DNA of 64,000 bases, taken from NCBI GenBank assembly GCA_009859145.1, contig VRVR01000029.1, positions 1 to 64,000 of the forward strand, read 5' to 3'. A program made the position numbers and the translations under genes. This document shows positions 50,315 to 60,745 of this stretch, one piece after another. The notes beneath the pieces are model-generated. The model had not been told where the DNA came from. It worked only from the letters and a program-made list of their open reading frames with translations, and did no database searches. Every line of letters begins with the position of its first letter. Position 1 is the stretch's first letter. Source of the DNA: Andalucia godoyi And28. Its lineage: Eukaryota; Protista; Jakobida.

Positions 50315-53296
50315 ATGAACACGTCTCGGATCTCTGCGTCGTCGCCGCTTCGATCCTCGAATGGGGGTGGTATGCAGTCGCGCACGCCGATTGCTCCGGA
50401 TCAGATGCGGTCCATTGAGTCTCGTGCGCTGATGCAAGACGAAGAGTCCGTTGCGCGAATCAAGGCGCAGATCCGCGCTGTACAGCAGATGCGGACGGAT
50501 TTGGATCGCAAGGAGAACATCATCCGTGAGCTGCAGTCTCGGATCCAGGCAGCGTCGATCGAGCTGGAGCATCGAAGCACGACATTCGCAAGACTGGAGT
50601 CTGAGCACGATGCGTTGCAAAAGGAGTTTCAGCGATTGCAAAGCGATGCTTCTGTGTTTCGATCGGAAGCGTCTAATGCAAAGGCGGATTTTGCATCCCT
50701 TAAGTCGGAATACACAGGCTTGAAGGGCGAGCTGCAGCGGGTGCAGTACGAGTATCACCGGCTTGAGAATGAGATGCAGAGACGCGCGGCGGAGAACAGT
50801 GAGGCCGACAATATCATTAGATGGCTGCGGGAAGAACTGGCGAGGAAAGACAGAGACAAGGATGAAGCTATTGCAGAGGCGCAGGCATTGCAAAAGGAAC
50901 TGACCACTTCCACGACCGTTGCACGTGAATCACAGATCCGGTATGAATCTGCAGTTCGAGAACTTCGTGGGGAGCTGGAAATTCTGGAAAATCGATGGGC
51001 GCGCGCTACCAGCGAGCATCAACGCGTGCTGGACGCCACCAGATCGGACGCAGACGCGGTGCGAAACGAACTCGAGGGGCTGCGAAGCAAGTATGAGCAC
51101 ACGAGAGCACAGCTGGATTCTGCAGAGATTGAGCTGGATGCCACGCGTGCAGAACTTGTTGCTTCTCGCCAAGATCTTGAGGGTGCTCGCAAAGCGCTGG
51201 AGGTTACTCGGTTTGAACTGGATCAGCGTTCCCGTGCGTTGGATGGCGCTTCCAAGAACGTGGATGTGTCCAAGCGCGAATTGGATTCTACGCGTGTTGA
51301 GCGAGACGCCTACAAGTCCCAGTTGGAAGCATGCAGACGAGAGTGCGACGCAATCCGGAGTGAGCGAGATGCGGCGAAGCGTGAACTGGATGTTACGGCG
51401 CGCGAGCTGGAAGTGGTTCGTGGACGGCTGGAGGCTTCCGATAAGCGCGGAGATGCGCTCGGTGGAGAACTCGATGCTCTCCGCATAGATGCACGAGATG
51501 CATCGAACCGCTTGGAAGTGCTGCACCGACACTATGCAGAGTCTCGTAAGGCTCTCGAATCTCTTCGGTTTGAATTTTCAGAGGAGAAGCGCAAGAATGA
51601 AGTATTGCTGCATCAGCATGCACGTGAGCTGGATCGGTTGCGAGCCGAGTCGGAAGACGACAAGTCCCGGGACATCGATGCCCTTCAGAACGCTCATCGA
51701 GATGAACTTGCAGCAGTCCGTGCAGAGCTGGAACGTGTTCGCGGAGACTGTGCGCATTGGCAAGCGATAGCGGAAGGAAACAAGAAGGATGCAGAACACG
51801 GACGAGGACAGCTGGATCTCTCGCGTGAAACAATCGAGACTCTTCGTCGCGAACTTGATTCAACACGCTTCGAGCTTGAGACGCGGTCTCGTGAGCTCGT
51901 CGAAGCGCGGTCGGAGATTGAGCGAGCCGGTCGTGAAATTGCCTCGGTTCGGTCTGAGAAGGAAAAGACGCGAGCGGAATGCGATTCCCAAGTGGTCGCT
52001 ATTCGAAAGGCTTCGGAGGCGACGCGGAAGGCAGTGGAAGCACAGTCCGAGGAGAACCGCAAAGTTCTCGAAGCGAAGATTACTGCCCTCGAAGCGAATG
52101 TTCGGTCCGAAAAAGAAGTACAAGCCTTGCTCCGTAGCGACCATGCTGTCTTTGTCCGAGATGCAGAGAAGAAGGAGAAGATTTTCCGGAACGAAAGCGC
52201 AGCGCTTACTCGTCGTTTTGCGGGTCTCCTGATCCAAAAGAAGATCCTCTCCGGTTGGGTGTCTCGCTACTCCAGGGCCACTGCAGATGTCCGGGATCTT
52301 GCGCGTGTGCTGTCTACCACCCCTTCATCCGCCTCTTCGATGACGACGATGACTGCTGCTGCTGCTGCTTCTGCTTCTTCTTCTTCTTCGGCGTCGTCGG
52401 TTGCATCTCGATTGAACCTCCGGTCTCGGTTCCGTGCAGGTGTGCTTGCAGTCATTGCTGCACGCAGGTTCTTCCGTTTGCTCTGGGATCGCGATGACGA
52501 GGCACTGTCGCTCGTGACGTCTTCGGAGGCAGCTCTTGGAGCGTCCGTAACTCGTTTGGCCACTCGCTTCCGATCGTCGAATGCGTCAGCGATGCTCAAT
52601 TTTGCTTCTTCTTCTCATCCATCTAGCTTTTTGGGGTCAGACCTCGATTCCGTGGACCCCTCCGAGTTGGTTTCTCGCATCAGAAGATCTGTGCTGCACT
52701 TGTCGGGCGAGCTCCACCGCAAGACCGAGCTCGTTTCGTTCCTCGAAGGTCGAGTCGCTGATCTGCAGCGCGATCTTCTGCAGTCTGTGCCACTCGCCCG
52801 CTTCGATGCCCTCAAAGCAGAATGTGAAGAATCTCGTCGAACTGTTTCACAGCTCTCGGAAGCACATGCCCGGGCAGAGCATGAAGCTCGACATGCAACA
52901 GCGGCGCTGGAGGAGCTCCGAACGCAAGTGACAGTGCTGCAGGGCGAGCTGGATGAAATCAAGCGCCATCAAGAAGCAGAGGCAAGGGAACGAATGGAGT
53001 GGGCAAAGGCTCGATTGGAACTGCAGTATCTGAGAACGGTCGCGGAGACCGATTTGAGAAAGGCCTTGGATGCTACGCTTGCAGGTGCAGTTGCCACTTC
53101 AAACGGCATTTCGTCTCCCGGCGGCTCTCCGGAACTCCGAGGAGCATACAGCGCTCCGTATGGAACCTCGGATCAATTGCGGGCCTATGTCCATCGCCAA
53201 GAAGAAGACGACCGCTTTGAAGTCGCCGAGCGCGAAAGAATCCGCAACAGCCGAGCCGTCGATCCGTCAAACTCATTCTGGAGAGGACGTATCTGA
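50315..53296 (+). CDS. Long coiled-coil protein with a PACT-like/CCDC171-like C-terminal motif
   Basis: 993 aa of heptads. LLIQKKILSGW...RSRFRAGVLAVIAARRF resembles the pericentrin/AKAP450 PACT and CCDC171 motif. Confidence 0.6.
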   Translation: MNTSRISASSPLRSSNGGGMQSRTPIAPDQMRSIESRALMQDEESVARIKAQIRAVQQMRTDLDRKENIIRELQSRIQAASIELEHRSTTFARLESEHDALQKEFQRLQSDASVFRSEASNAKADFASLKSEYTGLKGELQRVQYEYHRLENEMQRRAAENSEADNIIRWLREELARKDRDKDEAIAEAQALQKELTTSTTVARESQIRYESAVRELRGELEILENRWARATSEHQRVLDATRSDADAVRNELEGLRSKYEHTRAQLDSAEIELDATRAELVASRQDLEGARKALEVTRFELDQRSRALDGASKNVDVSKRELDSTRVERDAYKSQLEACRRECDAIRSERDAAKRELDVTARELEVVRGRLEASDKRGDALGGELDALRIDARDASNRLEVLHRHYAESRKALESLRFEFSEEKRKNEVLLHQHARELDRLRAESEDDKSRDIDALQNAHRDELAAVRAELERVRGDCAHWQAIAEGNKKDAEHGRGQLDLSRETIETLRRELDSTRFELETRSRELVEARSEIERAGREIASVRSEKEKTRAECDSQVVAIRKASEATRKAVEAQSEENRKVLEAKITALEANVRSEKEVQALLRSDHAVFVRDAEKKEKIFRNESAALTRRFAGLLIQKKILSGWVSRYSRATADVRDLARVLSTTPSSASSMTTMTAAAAASASSSSSASSVASRLNLRSRFRAGVLAVIAARRFFRLLWDRDDEALSLVTSSEAALGASVTRLATRFRSSNASAMLNFASSSHPSSFLGSDLDSVDPSELVSRIRRSVLHLSGELHRKTELVSFLEGRVADLQRDLLQSVPLARFDALKAECEESRRTVSQLSEAHARAEHEARHATAALEELRTQVTVLQGELDEIKRHQEAEARERMEWAKARLELQYLRTVAETDLRKALDATLAGAVATSNGISSPGGSPELRGAYSAPYGTSDQLRAYVHRQEEDDRFEVAERERIRNSRAVDPSNSFWRGRI

Positions 53297-53622
53297 ACCC
53301 AGTTTTCCCGGCCCTCTAGCTATCCAAGCAAGCACACGTATTTTGTATTTAATCTTCTCTTTTTCCTTTTAATCACATTCTCGTTCTTGGTCATTCTCTG
53401 CAATAAATCGATGTTTGTGCAAATTCTGCTGTATGCTTCAAACACGTTCAAAGTTTTTCTTCAGCAAAAACCAAAAATCAGCTAAGACGCCTTCTACTGC
53501 GTGTTCTGCGCGTTTGCGACCAAGAATGATTTTGTTTTTTTCTTTTCTTTTTCATTCTGCAAAAAGCGCGATTGTGCATTCGGTGGAACGAGGAAGAACG
53601 CATTGTTGGACACGGTGCAGAG

Positions 53623-54465
53623 ATGAGCTCCTCAATCCCGACGTTTGTGATTGTTGGGCTAGGCAACAACACGGACGACTTGTCACTGACGCGACACAAC
53701 ACTGGCCACATGTTTGTCACGTATCTCGCACAGCAACTGTCATCGGATGGCCAGTCGCCGACGTTTCTTCGCCTGCGTTCGAAAAGGTTTGAATTTGTGG
53801 ACACAGAGCTGTCTGTTCCGAGTGCAGCATCACCGACGAAGTTTCGCTTGGTGCTGGCCCGGACGTTCTGTCTCATGAATGAAAGTGGGTCGGCAGTTGC
53901 GAATCTGCTCAAAGAAATCGGGTTTTCGGATCCAATGTCGCATGTCATTGTGTGTTCAGACGACATCAACTGGCATGTTGGGTACCTTGATTTGCAAGAA
54001 AATGCGTCCGTTCGAGGAGGGCTACGAGGGCACAAGGGATTTGAGGATGTTGAGAAAGTTCTCGGTCGTGTGGCTGGTTCGTCGTCGTCAACGTCTCCTC
54101 CTTCTCTTTCTGGATCATCAACAAGCGCTGCAAGCGTTTCGCAGGACTCCGCGGCCGAGTTATCATCGTCTCCTTCGACTTCGGCTCGCAGGTCGAAGAT
54201 GATTTCCGAGTTTCTTCGGGTCCGAATGGGAGTTGGCAGACCACCGGAAGGGACGAATGTGCCGGATCACGTGCTTGGCAAATTCAACGCTGCAGAATAT
54301 CCGATTATGGCGTACATGTTCGAGTCCGCGATGCACGTTGTTCTGGCCTTTGTCAAAGGAGAAGATTACAAGAAGATTCTCAAGAAGCGAAACAAGGTTC
54401 CCTCCAAGTATCCGTCGTGCGAGTCGTTGACGCCGTTCGTGACGCCAGCGTTGGACGTCGAGTAG
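53623..54465 (+). CDS. PTH1: Peptidyl-tRNA hydrolase (bacterial-type Pth/PTRH1)
   Basis: VGLGN, TRHNTG, LMNESG, GHKG, RVRMGVGRP, HVLGKF. Ser-rich insertion. Confidence 0.9.
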   Translation: MSSSIPTFVIVGLGNNTDDLSLTRHNTGHMFVTYLAQQLSSDGQSPTFLRLRSKRFEFVDTELSVPSAASPTKFRLVLARTFCLMNESGSAVANLLKEIGFSDPMSHVIVCSDDINWHVGYLDLQENASVRGGLRGHKGFEDVEKVLGRVAGSSSSTSPPSLSGSSTSAASVSQDSAAELSSSPSTSARRSKMISEFLRVRMGVGRPPEGTNVPDHVLGKFNAAEYPIMAYMFESAMHVVLAFVKGEDYKKILKKRNKVPSKYPSCESLTPFVTPALDVE

Positions 54466-54616
54466 TCTTCCTTCGGATCGATTCCAGAACAAACTGCCAA
54501 AAGAATGGCATTTACATTAAGCAATACACAATATCAATACGAAACGAGCAATGAGCAAACGCGAATGGCAGGAAAGAGGAAAGTCGCTGCATCGTCAGGA
54601 ACGGAAAGCGACTGGT

Positions 54617-55204
54617 TCATATGGGAAGTCCATCTGCAATGGCATCGACAATGAGACGTGCAATGCTGAGAAGCCGGTCATGAGCCACTTGTTCGGTTGG
54701 CGGAATATGCACAAACAGAGATCTCCCACTCGACATTTGCAGTGATCGATAGTACACATAATTGCACAGAAACCTTCCGGGATCGTGGCTGATGTGAACT
54801 TCCTTTACACCTTGATCGATAAGTCGCAACAGCAGTCTTTCTACTGGAATCTCGGTCCTGCATGGGGCATCGAGCGCCACAGAAGCTGATATAGGAGCTT
54901 CGTTGAGCACAAGTCCTGCCTGATCTGGCACGCGAAACGACGCATTGTTATACGCAAACTTTTCCAACGCGACTTCTTTCCCGGACGAATTCACTCCAAA
55001 ATGAACAAAATGCACATTCGGATCGCGAAATACAGCTTGCGAAATCGAGGCCAGATACTCTTCCACACCGCCCGTCGACACCGTCAGAACGCTCGTTTCA
55101 AGACCTGCGATGCTCCTCGCGAGCTCTTCTACGAGTACCGTTGTCGGATTCACAGGAACACCATGAAACGGCCCAAACCCAGTAACGTACACTCTTTTCC
55201 TCAT
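54617..55204 (-). CDS. PGPEP1: Pyroglutamyl-peptidase I (C15)
   Basis: VTGFGPF..VPVNPT, LEKFAYN, FRVPD, SHDPGRFLCNYVYY, FVHIP. Confidence 0.95.
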   Translation of the reverse strand: MRKRVYVTGFGPFHGVPVNPTTVLVEELARSIAGLETSVLTVSTGGVEEYLASISQAVFRDPNVHFVHFGVNSSGKEVALEKFAYNNASFRVPDQAGLVLNEAPISASVALDAPCRTEIPVERLLLRLIDQGVKEVHISHDPGRFLCNYVYYRSLQMSSGRSLFVHIPPTEQVAHDRLLSIARLIVDAIADGLPI

Positions 55205-55553
55205 TTCTTGGCTTTCACCGGCACCGACTCTCCCGTTCTCTCAGAGTGTCTTTTGTTGTTGTGGTGATTTCAGTTATTGTTAATTGTGGAAATATGTCTC
55301 CAGTAAGGTGCGTTGCCTGCACCATCATTCCATCGTTGGCAGTGCCTTGGAGAAACCCCCGTATGGTAAATCGAGCAAAACTGACGAGAAAATCGGGTAT
55401 TTCGAGTTTGTCAGTGTAGCCTTTCTGCGAGAAGTTTCGTGTTTTCCAGACTGGCTGTTTTTGACTGTTTGCGTGTGTTTCATTATTGTAGATCTCGGGG
55501 GTTCAGTGGTTTGGTACTGTAGGAACCTGTTTTTTGGTTGGAGGTGGATATAG

Positions 55554-55556
<3 letters not shown>

Positions 55557-55586
<30 letters not shown>
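55557..55586. repeat. (TG)15 microsatellite ending 1 nt before the WDR54-like ATG
   Basis: Directly visible. Confidence 0.95.
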
Positions 55587-55587
<1 letters not shown>

Positions 55588-55590
<3 letters not shown>

Positions 55591-56709
55591 TCGCAACTAA
55601 GTGTGGTTCCGCTGTCAAAGGTCCGGTTGCCTGCAGCACCGACGCTTCGAGAGCAGAATCTTGTTCATGGCGACGGCTGTTTTGCGTATTTCCGAGGATG
55701 CACTGCGTATTACTCGTATGATTTGGCAAAGGTGGACTCGGTTGTGACGACTGATGCATCCAACATCATGAACATTGCAATTTGTGGTGGAAATGCGTGG
55801 AAGCATGGACCGTCGCCTGCATCGGCTGCTGCAGTGTCGACTATCGCGGTGCTGGCGGTGGCCACAAGTTCCGGAATTCATGTTTGGGATGCATCTGCCT
55901 CAATGCGGTTTATCCATACGCTGGAAATCAAAGGTGGGTGCAGATCGATTGCATGGGTTCCTTCGAATGGTCGGGCTCCCGGATCGATTGTGTTGGCAGT
56001 TGGGTCCATGGAAGACAGCTCCATTCACTTTCTGCACGTCACATCCTCGTCTCTGAAGCTCATCAGCACCGTCCTTAACCCAGGAGTCCGCGGCTCCTCC
56101 GTTTGCATGGCCTCCTCGCCCTTTACAAATTCGTTTGTCTCGTGCGACATCTCTGGATCAATTACGTTTTGGAGCTTGCCCAGCGGTGCCGATTCCGATA
56201 TCTCTGCTGGAAATCCGGGTTCCTTTGCAGTTGCACATACTACAACGTTCACGGAAGACGCGCCAACTTGCGTGTGCTGCATTTCTGGCAGTCTATCCAA
56301 GGAAACAGAGCCCGCAAACGTCTCTTCCTCCAGTGCCGGTCCGTTTGCGTCGTGGCCACTGTGGGCTTGCGGATTTGCCTCTGGAAAGGTCGTCATATTT
56401 GATGCAAGAGGAATGGAGGTCTGCGAGATTGGAGCGCACGTTCGAGGAGTTACCGGAATCGACTATTGCAGTTTCACGAACGGATCGGGCATGCATGGAG
56501 GGATGCTCGGCACTGTATCGGAAGACTCGGTGCTGCAGATCTTTGGAATCCCGTCGCCACAGATGTTAGCAAACTCCATGCCGATTACTCTGATCGGCTC
56601 CACGAAGATCATCGACTCCATTCTGACAGGCGTTGGATTTCCGCACTCGAGCGCCGTGTGCGTTGTGGCATATGACTCGGTCAGTCTCCAAGTCATGAGT
56701 CTCGAGTAG
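55588..56709 (+). CDS. WDR54: WDR54-like WD40 protein
   Basis: ACGFASGKV, IGAHVRGVTGID, TVSEDS, ILTGVGF, VVAYD resemble the WDR54 C-terminal repeats. Confidence 0.6.
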
Positions 56710-56729
56710 AGTTCTCCAAACATTAGCCA

Positions 56730-56731
<2 letters not shown>

Positions 56732-56772
<41 letters not shown>
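56732..56772. repeat. (TC)n microsatellite
   Basis: Directly visible. Confidence 0.95.
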
Positions 56773-56777
<5 letters not shown>

Positions 56778-56956
56778 GTAAATTTCACACAGCGCTCTCC
56801 CCCCGCGAGCGGTGTAAAAAACCTTCTAATGTAGCAGTCTTCACTTACCCTGCGACCCTCGCCTTCGATGCTGCAGCCGTTGAATCATAGCACGTCACTG
56901 TCATGCATACGGGGGAGTATACATAAACAGACACGGTCAATACTGGCCGACACTAG

Positions 56957-57160
56957 CACGCTTGTTTCACAGGAATTCGTGATACAGAGCCTCCTAGGTC
57001 CCGCAGACCTCCTAAGAGACCACGTGTCACTACGCCTGCTGCTAGGGCCGTCAGAATCAAAATGCACCCTTCTCAGGAACAACGTGTCACGCCGAGAAAG
57101 TGGCGCACAGATTGATCGAGATTGGGAACGGAGCGCGGAACGTTTATCTGAAGAGTGCCG
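56957..57160 (+). pseudogene. Possible TnpB/Fanzor N-terminal HTH (OrfB_IS605) relic
   Basis: ARAVRIKMHPSQEQRVTPRKW, then a stop, then GNGARNVY in another frame. Confidence 0.3.
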
Positions 57161-57432
57161 TGATGCGTGTTGGGGCCTATACCCTTCCCGGCAACGGGAT
57201 GCAAGACTGCGTATGCATGTCTGTTCGTAGATATGCATATTCAGTGTGTAATGCAGTCGTTAAACACATATACTTACGTCCGGCGTCAGCTGCTGCCTAC
57301 AATGCTCCGCGTACTCAAACTCTGAGAGAGCAATCCTCAAGTGTCGCGTTCTCCGAAGCTGCGTTCGTTGTCCGAGCTCGTGTTTCGCAGAATTCTTCTT
57401 CTCCTTGACTCACTCAAAGGAAAGAGGAAGCT

Positions 57433-58197
57433 ATGGACCGGTCAGCCAATGGCATGAACGGTGGAAACAGCAATCGACTGTTTCCGTTTATTCAATATCG
57501 CGCATCGAGTCAGTCTCCATTTTTTGGGCCTCCTTCCTCGTCGGACTCCTCTTCGTTTTCTTCTTCTCCTCATTCTTCTTCTTCTTCTGCGTCGTCGTCG
57601 TCGCTACCGTTTCCAGGCTCGCCGCGGGGCTTCCAAGAGTGGATCTCTGCGATTCAGGCTCATCTGCTGCATCTCGTGGATCACAGGAATCTTGTCCGGG
57701 CATTGACCGATGTTGTTGATTTCGGAGTGAACCACTACCGCGATATTCTGTGGCGTGGCATCCAAGCCGCGATCTCCGATCACGTTGCCCAAGTATCAGA
57801 ACATGTTCTATGGTATGTATTCTCGCTGACGAACCGGTTATTGCGAAAAACACACAGAGGAATTGTGGTTGCGGTTGTGTTTTTACTTGCTCTGCGATCG
57901 CTCAAAGGACCGTCCACGCGACAGAATCCCGCGTACCATTCAGGTGCCGGCCTGCCCGTTGTGTGGGTTCCACATCCGGTGAATGTCCAGCAGCCAAACG
58001 GCGCATTTCCATTCGGTGCCTTTGGTATTTCAAGGCCCACTGATCCCAATTCTGCTGCCGGCATGTTCCGAAATCAGTCATCCGCCCATGATCCGGCATC
58101 CATGTATGGCTTCCCATTCTGTCAAGCACCGTTTGGCGCACAACAGCCGCAGTTTGGAAATCGGTACCTCAGTCTGCAACACCAGCCGCCAAATTGA
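57433..58197 (+). CDS. Unknown protein: Ser-rich N-terminus, one TM, Pro/Gln-rich tail
   Basis: 254-aa ORF with a helical core and GIVVAVVFLLAL hydrophobic segment. Confidence 0.6.
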   Translation: MDRSANGMNGGNSNRLFPFIQYRASSQSPFFGPPSSSDSSSFSSSPHSSSSSASSSSLPFPGSPRGFQEWISAIQAHLLHLVDHRNLVRALTDVVDFGVNHYRDILWRGIQAAISDHVAQVSEHVLWYVFSLTNRLLRKTHRGIVVAVVFLLALRSLKGPSTRQNPAYHSGAGLPVVWVPHPVNVQQPNGAFPFGAFGISRPTDPNSAAGMFRNQSSAHDPASMYGFPFCQAPFGAQQPQFGNRYLSLQHQPPN

Positions 58198-58422
58198 ACA
58201 CGACCTCCAAAGAAACATCGCATCGTCGCTTCCAATTTCCTTTTCAGCGTACCCAAAAACAAAAACAAAAACAAAACAAAAGTATCCGTCGTGAGAAATG
58301 CCTTCCTCTCTGCCGACTGTCGTTGGGTTTGATGCTTCCTCTGCAAAATCTCGTGAGTTCTACAATCAAGGCGGTCTCGCTGTGCCATAGACCATTCCCC
58401 CCCATCCGGCACATCACCATGA

Positions 58423-58457
58423 CGTGGCGTGGCGTGGCGTGGCGTGGCGTGGCGTGG
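58423..58457. repeat. (CGTGG)7 pentanucleotide repeat
   Basis: Directly visible. Confidence 0.95.
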
Positions 58458-58755
58458 CGATCATACAGCCCGCGCTTCCGCGTGCATCATTTGATAACCA
58501 ACCCCGGAAAAACTGGGAATTTTTTTAATGTTGTTTTCTGCAGCAAAAACCACACTGCTCACCCGTTGTAAAAAGCTGTAGTCAAGATAACTCGATAGGA
58601 ATGAAGGTTTTTTTTTGGGTGCGTTTGGTTGCATTCGTGCTGTTTTGTGTTTGTTTTTGTTTGATGAATGGAACAACGCACGTCTCGGTGTGTGGATGCG
58701 ATATATTCGAAGACGATCGTGGTTGGCGTTAACGGATGCAATTGGAAGCAACAAC

Positions 58756-59643
58756 ATGGATACGACTGGTAAATTCGCGCTGGTTCCACGAACGTCTGCA
58801 ATATCCAAACAGGAGCATCATTTTGAGAATGCAAAGCTAGTGGCGGACTTTTTGTTTCGGCATGCGGTGTCGGATCAGATTGAAATTGAAGCAAAGCTGG
58901 GACGGATCGTGTCGAAGCGTTCGAGAGAACGAATAACTTCCGTGATGATCCCTGTACGAAGTCAGGCGATACTGGATTCAAATGCGTCGGATGATCTCTG
59001 CCGGTTTGAAGCTGGCGTGTCACAACCGTTGTTCATGGAGGTTGCGAAAATGATTGACGAAATCGACGATGTGGATGTCAAGGATACGGAAATTGTGGAT
59101 TCCATTTATCAGAATAACATCCGTGTAAGTAAGGATACAGAGACCGGCGAGGAAACAGTAATGTCCAAGATTCGTCTCGAAGATATGAACGTGTATGAGC
59201 CGACGGGGGTTGTTGATTTTCGAATCAGTGCGTCGAAAGAAACTGTGCTTGGTGACTTGGGAAAGAAGGCAGATTTAGGTGCGCTTCATCACGAGCGGAA
59301 AAAGTCCAGAAGGAGCTTCGTTGTGCCGTCACATCCACTGTTTCGGTTCGATGTCACGCGCGTGTCGTCAAATGAAGCAACGGCTGTGGACGCCCCAACG
59401 TTTGAAGTCGAGGTCGAGATCATTGGAATGAAGACCGTTGTGGAAGAGCGGCAAAAGGCTGCATCTGGCGAGCCGAATGCACTGCTGCTGATTGCACAGT
59501 CGTTTATGAACCAAATGCGCGGACTGGTGCATGTCGTCACACGCAAGGCTACCACTTCGATTGGAAAGCAACCCATCGCTCCACCTCCATCATCATCATC
59601 ATCATCATCATCCGACGAGCCATCTGCGAAACGCTCCAGGTAA
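58756..59643 (+). CDS. CET1: mRNA 5'-triphosphatase, Cet1/triphosphate-tunnel type
   Basis: IEIEAKLG, FEAGV, IRVSKD, DFRISASKE, RKKSRRSF, RFDVTRV, FEVEVE. An alternative in-frame ATG lies at 58696. Confidence 0.9.
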   Translation: MDTTGKFALVPRTSAISKQEHHFENAKLVADFLFRHAVSDQIEIEAKLGRIVSKRSRERITSVMIPVRSQAILDSNASDDLCRFEAGVSQPLFMEVAKMIDEIDDVDVKDTEIVDSIYQNNIRVSKDTETGEETVMSKIRLEDMNVYEPTGVVDFRISASKETVLGDLGKKADLGALHHERKKSRRSFVVPSHPLFRFDVTRVSSNEATAVDAPTFEVEVEIIGMKTVVEERQKAASGEPNALLLIAQSFMNQMRGLVHVVTRKATTSIGKQPIAPPPSSSSSSSSDEPSAKRSR

Positions 59644-59710
59644 GCACCGGCAATAGCAATAAATTAAAAATAAATAAAAACACAATGGTCCCCGTAAGCC
59701 TAGTCGATCA

Positions 59711-60306
59711 TCACGATTCATTGCCATCCGCAACATCAGATCGGAGGGCGGCAGACTCGGGTGTCTTCGGACTGTCCTTCTTGTCGAGAGAGGGATCAGA
59801 TGAAGGGGAAGAACTAGGGAGAATTGGCTCTTTCGGCGGTTTCGGTTTCGCCCATTCTGCATAAATATGCGAACCATCGCAAAACGGAGGATTCCGAGTT
59901 CGTTTGCATGCGCAGAGTGCGTGCCAGGTCTGGGCCTTCTCAATTCTGAACACACAAGGCTCAAACCCAGTGCCGATGCAGCTTCTTCCATCACAGTACG
60001 GCTCCTCCTACCAAATTGCATCCACAAAGTATTTAGTATTTAGTATTATTATTATTATATTATTTTTTTTTGAAAAACGCAAGTCCGCAAACAGCAAAAG
60101 TAAAACAGCCCAGGAGAAAACTGGAGATTCTTTGCATTCGCCTCCGGAAATGGACGCTGTGAATGAACAAATCATACGGATGAAAGGCCGCACGAACACC
60201 ATTTGTACTCGACGTTTGGTTCCAAATGCACGCGAATCAAATGTGGCTTGGCGCATCTCGGCAAATCCTCAATGTCAAAAGCTGCATGCTTGCATTCTTC
60301 CGTCAT
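59711..60306 (-). CDS. CISD3: Two-domain CDGSH iron-sulfur protein (CISD3/MiNT-like), 2 exons: 60306-60178 and 60007-59711, 141 aa
   Basis: Exon 1 ends YKWCSCGLSS. Intron GTATGA...TACTAAAT...TAG spans 60177-60008 (170 nt). Exon 2 reads EEPYCDGRSCIGTGFEP...LCACKRTRNPPFCDGSH. Splicing restores the C-x-C-x2-S-x3-P-x-CDG spacing exactly. Confidence 0.9.
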
Positions 60307-60745
60307 TCCGCAAAAACTTCTACAGTGTCTACGCCTTTCCTACGTCGCTGCCAGCCTCCGCTCTTGCTCTCAAAACGTATCCAACTGCCACGCATCCAAC
60401 GCTTCACTCAAAAAATAAAAACCACAATAAATCGAAATTTTTCCACCCAGAAAAGCTCACCGAGTGTTTCTCGATGTTGAATTTCTGCTGTAATCAAAGA
60501 CGTTAAATTTCTCATTTTAGAATACATATTGCGCACTTGTTTTTGTTTTTGTTTTCGTAATTTAATGTCTATGAGTTTGAAGTTTATAATAATAGTAATT
60601 ATTATTATTATTATTATTTTGAAAAAGGAATATAATTACATTATTTTTTTAACGACGAGGTTGCTGGCGGAGTGGAACAGCGGGGGTGGGGTGAAAGACA
60701 GGTACCGATCGTCAACCCTGCAGCAGCGCTACGAAACAACAAGGA

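Noticed and set aside
57266-57290. ATACTTACG resembling the U1 snRNA 5' end
   Set aside because: Diverges from AUACUUACCUG at the key positions, and no U1 stems or Sm site follow.
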